From: Deltaproteobacteria bacterium
GTDB lineage: Bacteria; Myxococcota_A; Polyangia; Fen-1088
Assembly (NCBI GenBank): GCA_033763315.1
Contig: JANRKS010000027.1
Span: 1-64,000 of the forward strand
DNA: 64,000 nucleotides
Direction: 5' to 3'
Below the pieces are notes generated by a model that was not told where the DNA came from, did not search any database, and saw only the letters and a list, made by a program, of their open reading frames with translations. Of this stretch, positions 62,655 through 64,000 are shown in pieces. Positions within the stretch are counted from its first letter, which is position 1; the number at the start of each line of letters is the position of its first letter. A program made the position numbers and the translations under genes.

Positions 62655-64000
62655 ACGCGCGCGCAGCCAGATTGGCGGCCGCACCGCCACGGCAAGTGGG
62701 TCGGTGTTTGTTGTTTTCTCCGCTGGCCTCCGGTGGCATGGCAACCGTGTTCTTGGCGCGCATGCAAACGGCCGCGGGCCTGGTGCGCACCGTGGCCGTC
62801 AAAGAGATGCACCCGCAGTTTGCGAATAACCCTGACATCGTGGCGATGTTTTTGGATGAGGCCCGCTTGGCCACCCGCATCGCCCACCCCAACATCGTGC
62901 CCACGCTCGACGTGATGTTGGAAGCCGGTGGCCTTTACCTTGTGATGGATTACGTGGCCGGCGAGCCTTTGGGCAACGTGCTGCGCAGCTGCCGCAAAGC
63001 AAGCCTCAAACTCGATCCCGCGTTCGCTAGCGCTGTGATGCGGGACGCGTTGATGGGTTTGCACGCCGCCCACGAAGCCACAGATGAATTCGGCGAGCCC
63101 TTGTCTGTGGTGCACCGAGATGTGTCACCACAAAACATCATCGTGGGCCAAGACGGCCTTTCGCGCGTGCTTGATTTCGGGATTGCGAAGGCGCGTGGGC
63201 GCGTGCAGGAAACAACTGACATCGCCGTCAAAGGCAAGCTTCGCTATATGGCGCCCGAACAGCTCACGCGCCAACCGATCGATCAGCGAGTGGATGTGTT
63301 CACCGCTGGCATCGTGCTGTGGGAATCACTTACGGGGCGTGCGTTGTTCGAGAGTGAAGACGTAGGCAGCGCGCTTGCGGCCATCTTGCACGCCCCCATC
63401 GCGCCGCCCAGCCACTTCGATTCGCGTTTGTCTGCAGCGTGTGACGCCGTGGTGCTGCGCGCGCTTGAGCGTGATCCACGCAAGCGCTTCGCGAGCGCGC
63501 AAGAGTTTGCGGATGCGCTAACCAAGGCCATCACGCCCGCGACGCCGCAACAAGTGGCCGCGTTGTTGGCCAAAACGTGCGGCCCCAGCCTGGCTGCGCG
63601 CGCTGCCAAGATTGCCGATATAGAAGCGGAGACTCTTGGCGATGAGTGGCCGCCCAAGCACCTGCTCACTCTGCGCACCGTGCCGGACGTCGCCACCAAC
63701 CCCGCGGTCACCGCGCTCACAAAGAAGCGGCCAACCACACTCTGGTTGTGGCTCGGCGGCGTGGCCGCGGTGGGCGCGGGTGCGATCTATCTTAAGGCAA
63801 CGCCGCGTGAGCAGCCACGCCCCCAAGAGATGCGGGCTTTGCCCACGCCTTCCCCTACCGTGACGCAAATCGCAGCTCCACCCGCGCCGGTGATTGAGAC
63901 GCCTGCGATCACAGAGCCCATCGTTGCAGCACCCGCGCCGCAAAGAAAAGCGAAGCCACGCCGCGCGCCCATCAAGAAGGCCGTGGCAAACAAGGCCGCA
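62651..64000 (+). CDS. Eukaryote-like Ser/Thr protein kinase with TM segment (runs off window end)
   Basis: GTG overlaps the EBP stop; LASGGMATVF, VAVK, HRDVSPQN, DFG, GKLRYMAPE; then TM and Pro-rich region with no stop. Absent from the ORF track because it is truncated. Confidence 0.93.
   Translation, partial: MNARAARLAAAPPRQVGRCLLFSPLASGGMATVFLARMQTAAGLVRTVAVKEMHPQFANNPDIVAMFLDEARLATRIAHPNIVPTLDVMLEAGGLYLVMDYVAGEPLGNVLRSCRKASLKLDPAFASAVMRDALMGLHAAHEATDEFGEPLSVVHRDVSPQNIIVGQDGLSRVLDFGIAKARGRVQETTDIAVKGKLRYMAPEQLTRQPIDQRVDVFTAGIVLWESLTGRALFESEDVGSALAAILHAPIAPPSHFDSRLSAACDAVVLRALERDPRKRFASAQEFADALTKAITPATPQQVAALLAKTCGPSLAARAAKIADIEAETLGDEWPPKHLLTLRTVPDVATNPAVTALTKKRPTTLWLWLGGVAAVGAGAIYLKATPREQPRPQEMRALPTPSPTVTQIAAPPAPVIETPAITEPIVAAPAPQRKAKPRRAPIKKAVANKAA

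Overview
High-GC bacterial window. FHA-sigma54 activator, eukaryote-like Ser/Thr kinase, Cys-rich lipoproteins and DUF1592/DUF1552 suggest a Myxococcota-type organism (inference). From left to right: (1) 1-5.5 kb, a 'reverse' integron. intI is co-oriented with a cassette array lying 3' of it, with three related attC sites, one ORF-less cassette and a cassette running off the window. Between intI and the array sits a tyrosine recombinase + IS91-type HUH Y2 transposase module. Its 19-bp terminal inverted repeats end exactly in integron core sites (GTTGAAC/GTTCAAC) and it is followed by an attC-shaped hairpin, so it looks like a transposon packaged as, or mimicking, the first gene cassette. This is the most striking finding. 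(2) 5.6-13.3 kb, a Fur-box-flanked iron-uptake-like locus: TonB-dependent receptor, HTTM/gamma-carboxylase-like protein, imelysin-like lipoprotein, delta-60 repeat lipoprotein and TonB. (3) 13.3-28.8 kb, a flagellar operon fliL-M-N-O-P-Q-R-flhB-A-F-G-fliA plus HDOD/GGDEF, TPR and GT2 genes, with two sigma-54 promoters each preceded by paired GTCA-N6-TGAC-type palindromes. (4) Housekeeping genes, a 2930-aa subtilase with nested FN3/discoidin modules, and argCB. (5) 46-64 kb, PSD1-cytochrome/DUF1501 and DUF1592/DUF1552 pairs, secreted proteins, FHA-EBP and a truncated kinase. All calls come from motif recognition by eye; no database searches were run.
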